DNA of 64,000 nt from positions 800,001 through 864,000 of the forward strand of contig CAWBGA010000017.1 in NCBI GenBank assembly GCA_963788195.1. Direction: 5' to 3'. Made by a program: the position numbers and the translations under genes. The notes under the pieces were generated by a model. It did not search any database, was not told where the DNA came from, and saw only the letters and a list, made by a program, of their open reading frames with translations. Positions 41,452 to 49,773 of the stretch are shown in pieces (the stretch's first letter is position 1; each line of letters starts with the position of its first letter). The stretch is from Nitrospirota bacterium (GTDB lineage: Bacteria; Nitrospirota; Nitrospiria; Nitrospirales; NS-4).

Positions 41452-42291
41452 ATGACGCGGTCGCCTGCGTGCGCCGGGAGTTTTTATGAGGCCTCAGCGG
41501 CGGAGCTTACCAGCCAGGTCCAATCACTCCTCGAGCTGGATGTAAGTACTGTGCCGGCCACTGCGGTTGTCTGTCCGCATGCCGGTCTGATGTATTCCGG
41601 CATGGTGGCCGGCGCTGTGTACAGCCGCGTGAACATTCCTCGCACGGTGATTCTTGTGGGGCCAAATCACACAGGCGAGGGGCCGCCGATCTCGGTATGG
41701 GCGCGCGGGAAGTGGGCGATACCCGGAGCGCTCCTGCCGGTCGCGGAAGACCTGGCCGACGCCTTTCTGGCCATATGCGCCGAGGCTCGTGCAGATGAGC
41801 TCGCGCACCAGTATGAGCACTCGCTGGAGGTTCAGCTTCCTTTTCTTGCTGTCAGACGTCCGGACATCAATATACTGCCGATCGTAGTTGGGGTTCGAGA
41901 CCTGCGCCGTTGCCTTGCCCTTGGCCTTGCCCTGGCCAGTATTACGAAATCTGCAGTGGAACCCCCATTATTGGTCGCCAGTTCCGACATGACTCATTGT
42001 GGACCAGGTTTCGGCCAATCCGCCCCTGCAGGCCTGACAGCCGACGCCTTTGCTAGACGACAAGACAGCGTTGCGCTCAAAGCGCTGCAAAGTCTGGATG
42101 AGGGTGAGTTCCACCACACCATTGAGACTAACGACATTACCATGTGCGGATATGCGCCAACGACCGCAGTATTGTATGCCGCTCGAATTCTGGGGGCACA
42201 GCACGCCGCCGTTACGCGATATGCCACGTCCGCGGAAGTCGGAGGGGATGTGAATCGGGTGGTGGGTTATGCGGGCGTGGTCATCAATTAG
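41452..42291 (+). CDS. amrB: MEMO1-family protein (AmmeMemoRadiSam system protein B)
   Basis: AGSFY, PHAGLMYSG, GPNHTG, EHSLEVQLPFL, SSDMTH, TMCG, VGYAG. Confidence 0.92.
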   Translation: MTRSPACAGSFYEASAAELTSQVQSLLELDVSTVPATAVVCPHAGLMYSGMVAGAVYSRVNIPRTVILVGPNHTGEGPPISVWARGKWAIPGALLPVAEDLADAFLAICAEARADELAHQYEHSLEVQLPFLAVRRPDINILPIVVGVRDLRRCLALGLALASITKSAVEPPLLVASSDMTHCGPGFGQSAPAGLTADAFARRQDSVALKALQSLDEGEFHHTIETNDITMCGYAPTTAVLYAARILGAQHAAVTRYATSAEVGGDVNRVVGYAGVVIN

Positions 42292-42445
42292 GATCGTCGG
42301 GTGGTTTGACGCTGCGGAGAAATCCTTCCATCTCACGGATGATAATGTCGCGCTCGTCCTGTGTAAAGCCCTCCCAGTCTCGCCGTAAAGGGTCGAGGAC
42401 CCGACGCATCGCATCATAAAGACTGTACGCCCGTTTGTGTTCCAT
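42284..42445 (-). CDS. Small hypothetical protein, 53 aa (MEHKRAYSLYDAMRRVLDPLRRDWEGF...)
   Basis: Translated by hand; ATG preceded by GGAG; below the ORF-track cutoff. Confidence 0.45.
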   Translation of the reverse strand: MEHKRAYSLYDAMRRVLDPLRRDWEGFTQDERDIIIREMEGFLRSVKPPDDPN

Positions 42446-42594
42446 CAACGCTCCGCTGGCACTACAAAAAACCTCTACGCGACTACGACCGGATCATACA
42501 CGTTTTTCAGTTTCGCGATCTTAACGGCCAGGACAAGATAAATCCAGTAAAGACCAATCGACCTCTGGGGTAGTTACTACCGCCCTGGAATCTC

Positions 42595-42968
42595 ATTTCA
42601 CCCGCCACACCCCGACCGCGCCGGGACGGGGCCTTGGCCCGTGGGACAGATTCCTTCGCCCCTGACGAGTTCGTTTCTCCCATAGGCTGATGATTATTTA
42701 AGGCCGCCGGATAGTTTCCGTGCCCTTAGATTCGTATTTTGCACCCCGCCATTAACACCCACCCGTCCCTGGACGGCCGTTGCACCCGACCCACCCCGAA
42801 CCTGAAACAGGCTCTTCTCCCGTGAGACGCGTCCTTTTCCCGGGTCCCCGCCTGCCTAGACAGGTGCTTTTCTATTTCACCCTCTACTTCACCCGCCCTT
42901 CCCCGGACGCGCCGGGACGCGTCCTTTTCCCGTGGCCCGCGCCTGCCTAGACAGGCGCTTTTCCCGTA
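42595..42968 (+). repeat. Cluster of CCNRGA-loop hairpin repeats
   Basis: Hairpins at 42849-42866, 42905-42924 and 42939-42958; shares a 24-bp exact block with 60691-60714. Confidence 0.8.
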
Positions 42969-42977
42969 GCGTAGGAT

Positions 42978-43787
42978 GTGCGCCGCGTGATTCCCAACCC
43001 CCATATCGATCCCGTACTCATCAGACTCGGCCCTGTTGCGATCCGCTGGTACGGCCTCATGTATGTCTTGGCCCTGACATCGGCCTTCTTTCTTATTAAG
43101 GCACGCGCAGCCCGCCGGAAAGTCGAACTGCCGCTGAATGACCTGCATGATCTAATTCTCTACGCGGCTATCGGGGTAATTCTGGGTGGACGCCTCGGCT
43201 ATACGCTGTTTTACAACCTTCCCTATTACATCGATCATCCCGCCAAGATTTTCGCTGTCTGGGAGGGCGGGATGTCATTCCACGGCGGGTTAATCGGTGT
43301 CATTATCGCCGGGTGGGTTTTTTGCCGAAGAAAAGGCTATTCGTTCTACAGCCTGGCGGATATTGCCACGCCCACTGCTCCGATTGGATTGGGCCTCGGG
43401 CGGCTCGGTAACTTCATCAATGGCGAGTTGTATGGACGCCCGACGGACGTCTCGTGGTGTATGGTATTTGATGCGAGCGGGGGAGGACCGATGTGTCGGC
43501 ATCCCTCGCAACTCTACGAAGCCCTCCTGGAAGGTGTTTTCCTTTTTACACTGGTGTGGATTGTGGACCGGCGCCCTCACGCACCCGGTGTGCTTTTCTG
43601 GACCTTCATCGCCGGCTATGCCGCCTGCAGAATATTTGTAGAACTCTTTCGTGAGCCGGATGCTCACCTAGGACTTTTCGGAGGCTTTATTTCAATGGGA
43701 CAGATCCTGAGCCTGCCGATGCTCGTACTGGGTCTCTTCATGTTATGGTACGTGCAAAGCAACGCTCGCAAAGTGCATGAGGAGTGA
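42978..43787 (+). CDS. lgt: Prolipoprotein diacylglyceryl transferase
   Basis: IRWYGLMY, GGRLGY, GGMSFHGG, GRLGNFINGELYGR, HPSQLYE. Confidence 0.96.
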   Translation: MRRVIPNPHIDPVLIRLGPVAIRWYGLMYVLALTSAFFLIKARAARRKVELPLNDLHDLILYAAIGVILGGRLGYTLFYNLPYYIDHPAKIFAVWEGGMSFHGGLIGVIIAGWVFCRRKGYSFYSLADIATPTAPIGLGLGRLGNFINGELYGRPTDVSWCMVFDASGGGPMCRHPSQLYEALLEGVFLFTLVWIVDRRPHAPGVLFWTFIAGYAACRIFVELFREPDAHLGLFGGFISMGQILSLPMLVLGLFMLWYVQSNARKVHEE

Positions 43788-44284
43788 CCATGAAGATATC
43801 GATAATGTTGTTCGGAATCCTATCGGCCACTTTCATCGCTTCAGGAATCATTTTCGCGCAGCCCGCTGGTTACGGACAGGCGAGCGGTGAATTTGATATT
43901 ACGCTGTCGCGAGTGCCGGTCGCGGATAGAGCCGCAGCCAAAGCGCTGAAACCTCCCTTTGAGCCTACGCCGGAGATTCTCGCTGAAGGCAAAGCGATTT
44001 TCCTCGGCCGCGGCACCTGTTTTCAATGCCATGGATCCGAAGGCAAGGGGGACGGTGGCGCGGCGAAAATCCTCCCGATCCAGCCCCGGGATTTCACCAA
44101 TCCAAAATTCAATCAGGCCCGAACGCCGGGGGAAATGATGTGGGTCCTGAAGAACGGTAGCCTCGGCCAGACCGGCAAGATCCCCGGCACTGGAATGCTT
44201 CCGATTGTCGGACAGTTCCTCAGCGAGGAAGACGGGTGGAAGGTGCTGCTCTTCGAGCGGAGTCTGGGAAAACCAGCCAAGTGA
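43784..44284 (+). CDS. Exported monoheme c-type cytochrome
   Basis: Signal peptide, CFQCH, PRDFT, distal Met in GTGM. Confidence 0.88.
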   Translation: MTMKISIMLFGILSATFIASGIIFAQPAGYGQASGEFDITLSRVPVADRAAAKALKPPFEPTPEILAEGKAIFLGRGTCFQCHGSEGKGDGGAAKILPIQPRDFTNPKFNQARTPGEMMWVLKNGSLGQTGKIPGTGMLPIVGQFLSEEDGWKVLLFERSLGKPAK

Positions 44285-44296
44285 CTAGGAGGGGCT

Positions 44297-44536
44297 ATGG
44301 ATCGCATACTACGCCGTCGAAGCGCCATGATTGTTTTGTGCTGGCTGTGCCTGCTGTCGGCCTGCGCCGCGGATCCGCACTATTCGCAGCAAGGAAAATC
44401 CGAGGAGGAGATGAGGCGGGACTACGCTGAGTGTCGCAAGCAGGTCACGGAAAAATACGGAACCAATTTAGAGTCTCCGCATTCCAAGGCTGATCTCGAC
44501 CAGTGCATGCAAACGCGTGGTTACCGGAGGGATTAG
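44297..44536 (+). CDS. Small lipoprotein with a two-Cys domain
   Basis: LSAC lipobox; DYAEC...QCMQTRGY; AGGAGG SD. Confidence 0.75.
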   Translation: MDRILRRRSAMIVLCWLCLLSACAADPHYSQQGKSEEEMRRDYAECRKQVTEKYGTNLESPHSKADLDQCMQTRGYRRD

Positions 44537-44564
44537 AGCCAATGGCAAAGCGTCGGCGCCGGGG

Positions 44565-45185
44565 CTAGGCAGAGGCGTTGTCGTCGCCGGAATTGTAAAT
44601 TGACTTGAGATACTGGTACGCAGCGATGAGCTTGCGGAGCCGAGGCTCTCCGCTGCGGTCACCATCGCGCGCATCCGGATGTAACTCCTTGGCCTTGTGC
44701 CGGAAAGCACGGGTCACGTCCGTAAGCGAGCACCCTGATTCCAGCCCTAGGATTTCGTAGGCATCCCCCGCCGTCCGAACCTCCCCGAGCGGGTCTGCGG
44801 CTCCTCCAAACCCGTCCCCGCCGCCGGTTGCTGTTCTAAAGAAGTCAAAGAGGCTAGGTCTGCGCTTCTTCCTGCGTCGGGGCCGCGCGAAAAGCTCGCT
44901 CTCAAGATCCTCGAAACGCTCCTCGATGAACTCAATTCTGCGGTCAAGTCGCTCCAGTTCGGAGAGGCCCGCGACTGTTTCCAATTCCTCTACCACGAGG
45001 GTCACGGTCTGGCGAATCTCCTCCAGCCCCTCTTCCATTTGAAAATACAGGTCAGGTTGTTCTTGGATGAGCTTATCGAAGGCGTAGTCCAGATTTTCCA
45101 TAGTACGGGCTTGAAGCTCGGCAACACGCTTCTGCATGTCCCTACGGGCCTTGATCTGCCACCGGCGATCTCGGGTATACGCCAT
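44565..45185 (-). CDS. C-terminal J-domain (DnaJ-like) protein
   Basis: AYEILGL...AKELHPD...AYQYL; N-terminal coiled coil. Confidence 0.85.
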   Translation of the reverse strand: MAYTRDRRWQIKARRDMQKRVAELQARTMENLDYAFDKLIQEQPDLYFQMEEGLEEIRQTVTLVVEELETVAGLSELERLDRRIEFIEERFEDLESELFARPRRRKKRRPSLFDFFRTATGGGDGFGGAADPLGEVRTAGDAYEILGLESGCSLTDVTRAFRHKAKELHPDARDGDRSGEPRLRKLIAAYQYLKSIYNSGDDNASA

Positions 45186-45262
45186 GATTGCTATGTAATC
45201 AGAACTCTAGTGGATGGTCAATGTTCACGATAGGAGGGCACTAACCCGCACAGGCTCGAGCG

Positions 45263-45775
45263 CTAAACCGCGTCCCCCACCCCGCCAGGATCGATCCGAG
45301 ACATCGAGTGCTGGGTAATCCGGATGATTCGACCATCCGACAGCCCCACATCTGTGACGACACGGTACATGCGAGGATGCCCCGGGCCTTTTAAAAAAAC
45401 GAGGAGGTCGTAGGTGACTTGCCCCGCGACATTTCCCCCCCCGGAACCCTTGACGGAGCCCTTGATCGAGCTCAGGTCCATTTCGGTCCTGGCGACCTCA
45501 ATGCGATCAAAGGTCTCGAACGCCTGGATCAGCTGGCGTTGATCTCGAGAGTGCCTTTGCGCCAACTCTTCTGGGCTGCTGACTTCGGTCGCGGCCTTAA
45601 GCCGCTCATGTAAGAGCTGAAACGCATCACTCCAGTGTTCCTTCGCCACCGCGTTGTAATAGCGTACGAAGACCGCCGTCACACCAGCGTCCGACTCTGC
45701 GGGTTCCGCAGTCGCCATGGGCGGTGTCCATGACAGCAACAGCAAAATCGCTAAAAGATGACGAAGACCCGACAT
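45263..45775 (-). CDS. Exported hypothetical protein
   Basis: Signal peptide; start overlaps the upstream stop (TGATG). Confidence 0.6.
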   Translation of the reverse strand: MSGLRHLLAILLLLSWTPPMATAEPAESDAGVTAVFVRYYNAVAKEHWSDAFQLLHERLKAATEVSSPEELAQRHSRDQRQLIQAFETFDRIEVARTEMDLSSIKGSVKGSGGGNVAGQVTYDLLVFLKGPGHPRMYRVVTDVGLSDGRIIRITQHSMSRIDPGGVGDAV

Positions 45776-45924
45776 CAGATATCCTCGCTCTTTTTCAATT
45801 GCGCCTTGAGCCGGAACACACCGAGGCGCCGATAGATCCGCGCTGATATGGGTATGAGAATAACCAAGGCAATCGTCAGGTACATGAAGAATTCTTCGGT
45901 AGTGAGACTAGTGATGTAGTACAT
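45775..45924 (-). CDS. Small single-TM protein, 49 aa (MYYITSLTTEEFFMYLTIALVILIPISARIYRR...)
   Basis: Translated by hand; hydrophobic helix plus basic tail; stop overlaps the next ATG. Confidence 0.5.
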   Translation of the reverse strand: MYYITSLTTEEFFMYLTIALVILIPISARIYRRLGVFRLKAQLKKSEDI

Positions 45925-45929
45925 GACTG

Positions 45930-45977
45930 CACCCGCCCAGCCCTGAAATCTGCCAAGACAGATTTCTTTTCCCCTGG
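45930..45977 (+). repeat. CCNRGA-loop hairpin repeat copy
   Basis: CACCCGCCCAGCCCT-GAAATCTG-CCAAGA-CAGATTTC-TTTTCCCCTG. Confidence 0.8.
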
Positions 45978-45980
45978 CAC

Positions 45981-46670
45981 TCAGACAGCATAGACTGCGG
46001 GATCCTGCAGTCCCGCCTCGGCGAAACCTTTCAACCGGAGCCGGCAGCTATCGCACCGGCCGCAGGAGCGCCCGCCGTCGTCAGGATCATAACAACTATG
46101 CGTAAGGTGCAATGGGGCTTGCAGAACAATCCCCCGCTGAATAATCTCGGCTTTCGACATCTTGAGTAAAGGCGCCTCGATGTGGACGGGATGTCCTGCC
46201 GCGCCTGCTCTCGTTCCCACCAAGGCCAGTCGGTTGAAAGCCTCGAGGAATTCAGGACGGCAATCCGGGTAGCCGCTGTAGTCTAACACATTGGCGCCGA
46301 GATAGATCGTGTCGGCCTCGATGACTTCGGCCCAGCCTAGCGCAAGCGACAGAAAGATTGTGTTTCTGGCCGGAACATAGGTCGCCGGAATATGTCGTCC
46401 GATGTCGCCCTCCGACCGGTCCTTTGGAACAGGCATGTCAGCGGTCAGGGCTGAACCGCCGATGGCTCTAAGATTCAGATCGATGACCAGGGAGTCTTTC
46501 GCGCCCAGAGCCCGCGCAATCTCCGGCACAGCCTTTAACTCCAGGAGATGACGCTGCCCGTAATTGACGCTCAATACATACAGTTCAAACCCTGCGGCGC
46601 GCGCCTCAGCGGCCGCTACTGTGGAGTCCAAGCCTCCGCTACAGAGAACGACCGCGCGCTTCGTCTTCAC
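45981..46670 (-). CDS. queC: 7-cyano-7-deazaguanine synthase
   Basis: SGGLDS, YGQRH, TYVPARN, GYPDCR, SCY...CGRCDSC. Confidence 0.95.
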   Translation of the reverse strand: MKTKRAVVLCSGGLDSTVAAAEARAAGFELYVLSVNYGQRHLLELKAVPEIARALGAKDSLVIDLNLRAIGGSALTADMPVPKDRSEGDIGRHIPATYVPARNTIFLSLALGWAEVIEADTIYLGANVLDYSGYPDCRPEFLEAFNRLALVGTRAGAAGHPVHIEAPLLKMSKAEIIQRGIVLQAPLHLTHSCYDPDDGGRSCGRCDSCRLRLKGFAEAGLQDPAVYAV

Positions 46671-46694
46671 GTGCGGATCCTGGTCTTGTCTGGC

Positions 46695-47762
46695 TTAAGG
46701 GGCACGTTCACCCGGTCGCTGGCCGAGCTTGACTTCCAAGACGCCTCGCTTGCCATTTCGCACGACACCGAGCTTGATGATATCACCGGGAAGGTGACGG
46801 CGCAGAAGGCGACCGAATTCTTCAGCAGAGTCCACCTCCTGCCCATCGATGCTCGTGATCAGATCTCCGCCGATCACCACAATCGTATTGCCGATGACAG
46901 CCTGGCGGGTTCCACTCAGCAAACCGGCTTTCGCCGCGGGACTCCCTTTCCCTACTCGAATCACCAGCGCGCCATGGTCAGTTGGTAACTCCAGTGCCCT
47001 CGCAATCAGCGGTGTAACTGACTGGGTTTCCGCACCGAAGTAGGGATAAATCATAAAACCATGAGTCAGGATATAACCGACAACACGTTTTGCTGTATTG
47101 ATCGGGATGGCAAAACCGATGCCCACATTGCCTCCCGACGGCGTAAAGATCGCTGTATTGATCCCGACCACTTTTCCCTCGGAGTCGAGAAGCGGTCCCC
47201 CTGAGTTGCCCGGATTGATTGCGGCGTCCGTCTGGATGACATCCTCGATTTCTGTCTGTCCTGCTCTGACTACTTTGCGAATCATGCTCACAATGCCGGC
47301 GGAGAGGCTGTGGCCAAGTCCGAAGGGATTGCCAATAGCCAACACCTTCTGGCCAACCTGTAGGCTGGACGAATCCCCCAAAGGCATCACGGTCAAGGAC
47401 TCGGCAGGAGCGGCTACGAGGAGCACGGCGAGATCGGTGTGGGGATCGCCGCCCACTAATTTTGCCGGCCATTTGGTGCGGTCAGCGAGACTGACCTCCA
47501 GGCGCTGGGCCCCTTTGACGACATGATAATTTGTTAGAATGTGGCCGTGAGAGTCCAAGATGAAACCAGAACCGGAAGAATCGGACGGGATGGGATTGAA
47601 GAAGAAATCGTAGGCGACGGCGCGCCTGGTAACATTGACCACGCCTGCATTGAAGCGGCGGTAGATATCAACGTTGTTTTCTTCATCACGCGTAAGCGGA
47701 GTGGCCGGAATTGGCCACAGGAGTGCGCAGAGCGTTACCGCGGCCAGGAGGGAGGCGCGCAT
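46695..47762 (-). CDS. HtrA/DegP-family serine protease with one PDZ domain
   Basis: GSGF, LTNYHV, DLAVL, IQTDAAINPGNSGGPL; start trimmed to MRASLLAAV. Confidence 0.92.
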   Translation of the reverse strand: MRASLLAAVTLCALLWPIPATPLTRDEENNVDIYRRFNAGVVNVTRRAVAYDFFFNPIPSDSSGSGFILDSHGHILTNYHVVKGAQRLEVSLADRTKWPAKLVGGDPHTDLAVLLVAAPAESLTVMPLGDSSSLQVGQKVLAIGNPFGLGHSLSAGIVSMIRKVVRAGQTEIEDVIQTDAAINPGNSGGPLLDSEGKVVGINTAIFTPSGGNVGIGFAIPINTAKRVVGYILTHGFMIYPYFGAETQSVTPLIARALELPTDHGALVIRVGKGSPAAKAGLLSGTRQAVIGNTIVVIGGDLITSIDGQEVDSAEEFGRLLRRHLPGDIIKLGVVRNGKRGVLEVKLGQRPGERAP

Positions 47763-47766
47763 GCGG

Positions 47767-48243
47767 TCAGGTGGTTTGATCTTCTTCTTGTTCGATTTTT
47801 TCGAGCAATTCTTCCTTGGCTTGGCAGGCGACGCAGCGGCGGGCAAACGGCACCGCCTTCAACCGTTTTTCGCTGATCTCAACTCCGCAATCCGAGCAGA
47901 CGCCGTAAGACCCCTCATCAAGACGAATTAAGGCTTCATCAATGTTTTGACGCATCTTATTGCGCATTTCGAGGATTGAAATGTCCCGGCCTCGTTCGGA
48001 ATCGAGCAGGGCAAGATCGCCGACATCCGGCACGGAGTCTACCCGGTTGTGCGTATCATCGGAAAGCCGATGGCTGATCAACTCTTCAATTTCCTTCAAA
48101 ACTTCGTGCCGGCGATCAAGCAGCATCTTCCGAAGGGCGTCGCGCCTCGGACTCAGTGCCGTCGCTTTCGTCTTCGCCGGCTTGGAAACAGATGCTTTCA
48201 CGTTGGCCTTCGTCTCCTGACGAGACCGCGGCTTGGCTGTCAT
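47767..48243 (-). CDS. dksA: DksA/TraR C4 zinc-finger protein
   Basis: Coiled coil with DVGDLA tip; YGVCSDCG...RLKAVP...CVACQ. Confidence 0.85.
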   Translation of the reverse strand: MTAKPRSRQETKANVKASVSKPAKTKATALSPRRDALRKMLLDRRHEVLKEIEELISHRLSDDTHNRVDSVPDVGDLALLDSERGRDISILEMRNKMRQNIDEALIRLDEGSYGVCSDCGVEISEKRLKAVPFARRCVACQAKEELLEKIEQEEDQTT

Positions 48244-48881
48244 GTATGGTACTCTCCTTCCAACAAAACGGCGGCCTTTCCCAACGCCTCCCGTTCGTTC
48301 TTATAAGTAAGCCACTGTCCTGCCTCTTCAATCGGAAACCAGCGCGCTTCTTCAACCTCGGTATCATGGTCGGCGGTGTTTCCGCTCAAGCATTCCAAAA
48401 GAAAAAGGTGCACAGTCTTAGAAACTCGATCATGATCGGCGCGTGAATAAAACTGGTAAGAGATCTCGTCGATCTTCCTAAGGACCCGCGTGTTTAAGCC
48501 CGTTTCCTCACGGACTTCCCGAATAGCTGTCTGTTCCGGTTCTTCCCCCTGTTCTACCCAGCCCTTGGGCAAGGCCCACGCAAATTCTCCGCCAGCGCGC
48601 ATCACGCGTATCAATGCGACTTCATAGCACCCAGCCACCCTGGAATCTGCCAAGACAGATTCCTTTTCCCCCTCGCAGCCGCCCACCCCGCGGCCTTTTA
48701 CACCCGCCCGCCCCGAGGCCGCCATTTCACCCGCCCCACCTGAGCCTGCCGAGACAGGCTCTTTTTCCCTCGGGACGGCCTCTTTTCCTCCTGAGACAGG
48801 TTCGTTTCCCGTGGACCGGGCGCTACTTATTGCGCGAAACACGACTCCCCCAGAAGAGACATGAAGTTTTGGCATGATCAA
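48240..48881 (-). CDS. NUDIX hydrolase carrying a ~65-aa repeat-derived insertion
   Basis: SSGGVVFR...YEVALIR...LPKG.....E....TAIREVREETG Nudix box. Confidence 0.88.
   Translation of the reverse strand: MIMPKLHVSSGGVVFRAISSARSTGNEPVSGGKEAVPREKEPVSAGSGGAGEMAASGRAGVKGRGVGGCEGEKESVLADSRVAGCYEVALIRVMRAGGEFAWALPKGWVEQGEEPEQTAIREVREETGLNTRVLRKIDEISYQFYSRADHDRVSKTVHLFLLECLSGNTADHDTEVEEARWFPIEEAGQWLTYKNEREALGKAAVLLEGEYHT
48627..48815 (+). repeat. CCNRGA-loop hairpin repeat cluster inside the NUDIX CDS
   Basis: GGAATCTG-CCAAGA-CAGATTCC (48642-48663) and GAGCCTG-CCGAGA-CAGGCTC (48742-48761) with CACCC/TTTTCCC flanks. Confidence 0.85.
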
Positions 48882-49390
48882 TATTCTACGAGGGCGTGGA
48901 CAGAGAAGCCGTCCAATTGCTCTCTGCCCTTCAATCCACGCAACTCAACGAGAAAGGCTGCGCCGACGATCTCTCCACCAAGCTGCCGGACCAGATTGAC
49001 CGTTGCTGCAGCCGTGCCGCCTGTCGCCAGCAGGTCATCTACAATCAGCACGCGCTCACCCATTGTGATCGCGTCTCTATGAATTGCGAGCGAGTTCGAT
49101 CCATACTCCAGATTGTATTTGACTTCAAAGCTATCCGCCGGCAACTTGCCAGGGCGGCGAACAGGTACGAACCCGGCCCCAAGTTGATGCGCCAGGGACC
49201 CGCCGATGATGAAGCCGCGGGATTCGATACCCACCACCTTAGCAATATTTTTGTCTTGATACGATGCCTTCAGATCATCAATCACGCTTCGAAAAGCCAA
49301 GCGATCCTTGAGCAAGGTTGTAATGTCGTAAAAGAGAATGCCGGGTTTCGGGTAATCAGGAACCTCCCGAATGAATTTCTTATAATCCAT
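48878..49390 (-). CDS. apt: Adenine phosphoribosyltransferase
   Basis: PDYPKPGILFYDITTL, ESRGF, LEYG, VDDLLATGGT. Confidence 0.95.
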   Translation of the reverse strand: MDYKKFIREVPDYPKPGILFYDITTLLKDRLAFRSVIDDLKASYQDKNIAKVVGIESRGFIIGGSLAHQLGAGFVPVRRPGKLPADSFEVKYNLEYGSNSLAIHRDAITMGERVLIVDDLLATGGTAAATVNLVRQLGGEIVGAAFLVELRGLKGREQLDGFSVHALVEY

Positions 49391-49454
49391 AGGACCGCAA
49401 AGTATAGGAAAGGCCCAACGACCTGTCAACCGCACGGGAGGATCGTAGGATCCC

Positions 49455-49751
49455 TCAGCTGAGTATCACGAAACGCTGGGGGTTTTTGACGGCTTCCTTC
49501 CAGACGATGTTGAGATCGGTTACAACAGAGCGTGGAGGGCCTGCACGGAGGCGCTCGAGTAACTTCTCTATTTGAAGCCGGGGTCCTTGGATTTCCGCCT
49601 GAACACGGCCGTCCGGCAGGTTTCGCACCCACCCCGCGAGCCCCAACTCGATCGCGGCTTCTTGAGTGAAGGCTCGATAACAGACCCCCTGAACTCGTCC
49701 AGACACAATGACGTGCGCCGCGATAAGCTCTAATGATTCGGCCGGCTTCAT
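49455..49751 (-). CDS. acyP: Acylphosphatase
   Basis: VSGRVQGVCYR, GWVRNLPDGRV. Confidence 0.93.
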   Translation of the reverse strand: MKPAESLELIAAHVIVSGRVQGVCYRAFTQEAAIELGLAGWVRNLPDGRVQAEIQGPRLQIEKLLERLRAGPPRSVVTDLNIVWKEAVKNPQRFVILS

Positions 49752-49773
49752 CAGTACAAATTATAACCGCCCC

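Noticed and set aside
42661..42710. Hammerhead ribozyme (CTGACGA / CTGATGA cores; also 60691)
   Set aside because: No stem II followed by GAAA and no compatible cleavage-site helix could be found.
45981..46670. queC as part of a Dpd/QatABCD-type defence system
   Set aside because: Canonical QueC in a housekeeping context with no dpd or qat neighbours.
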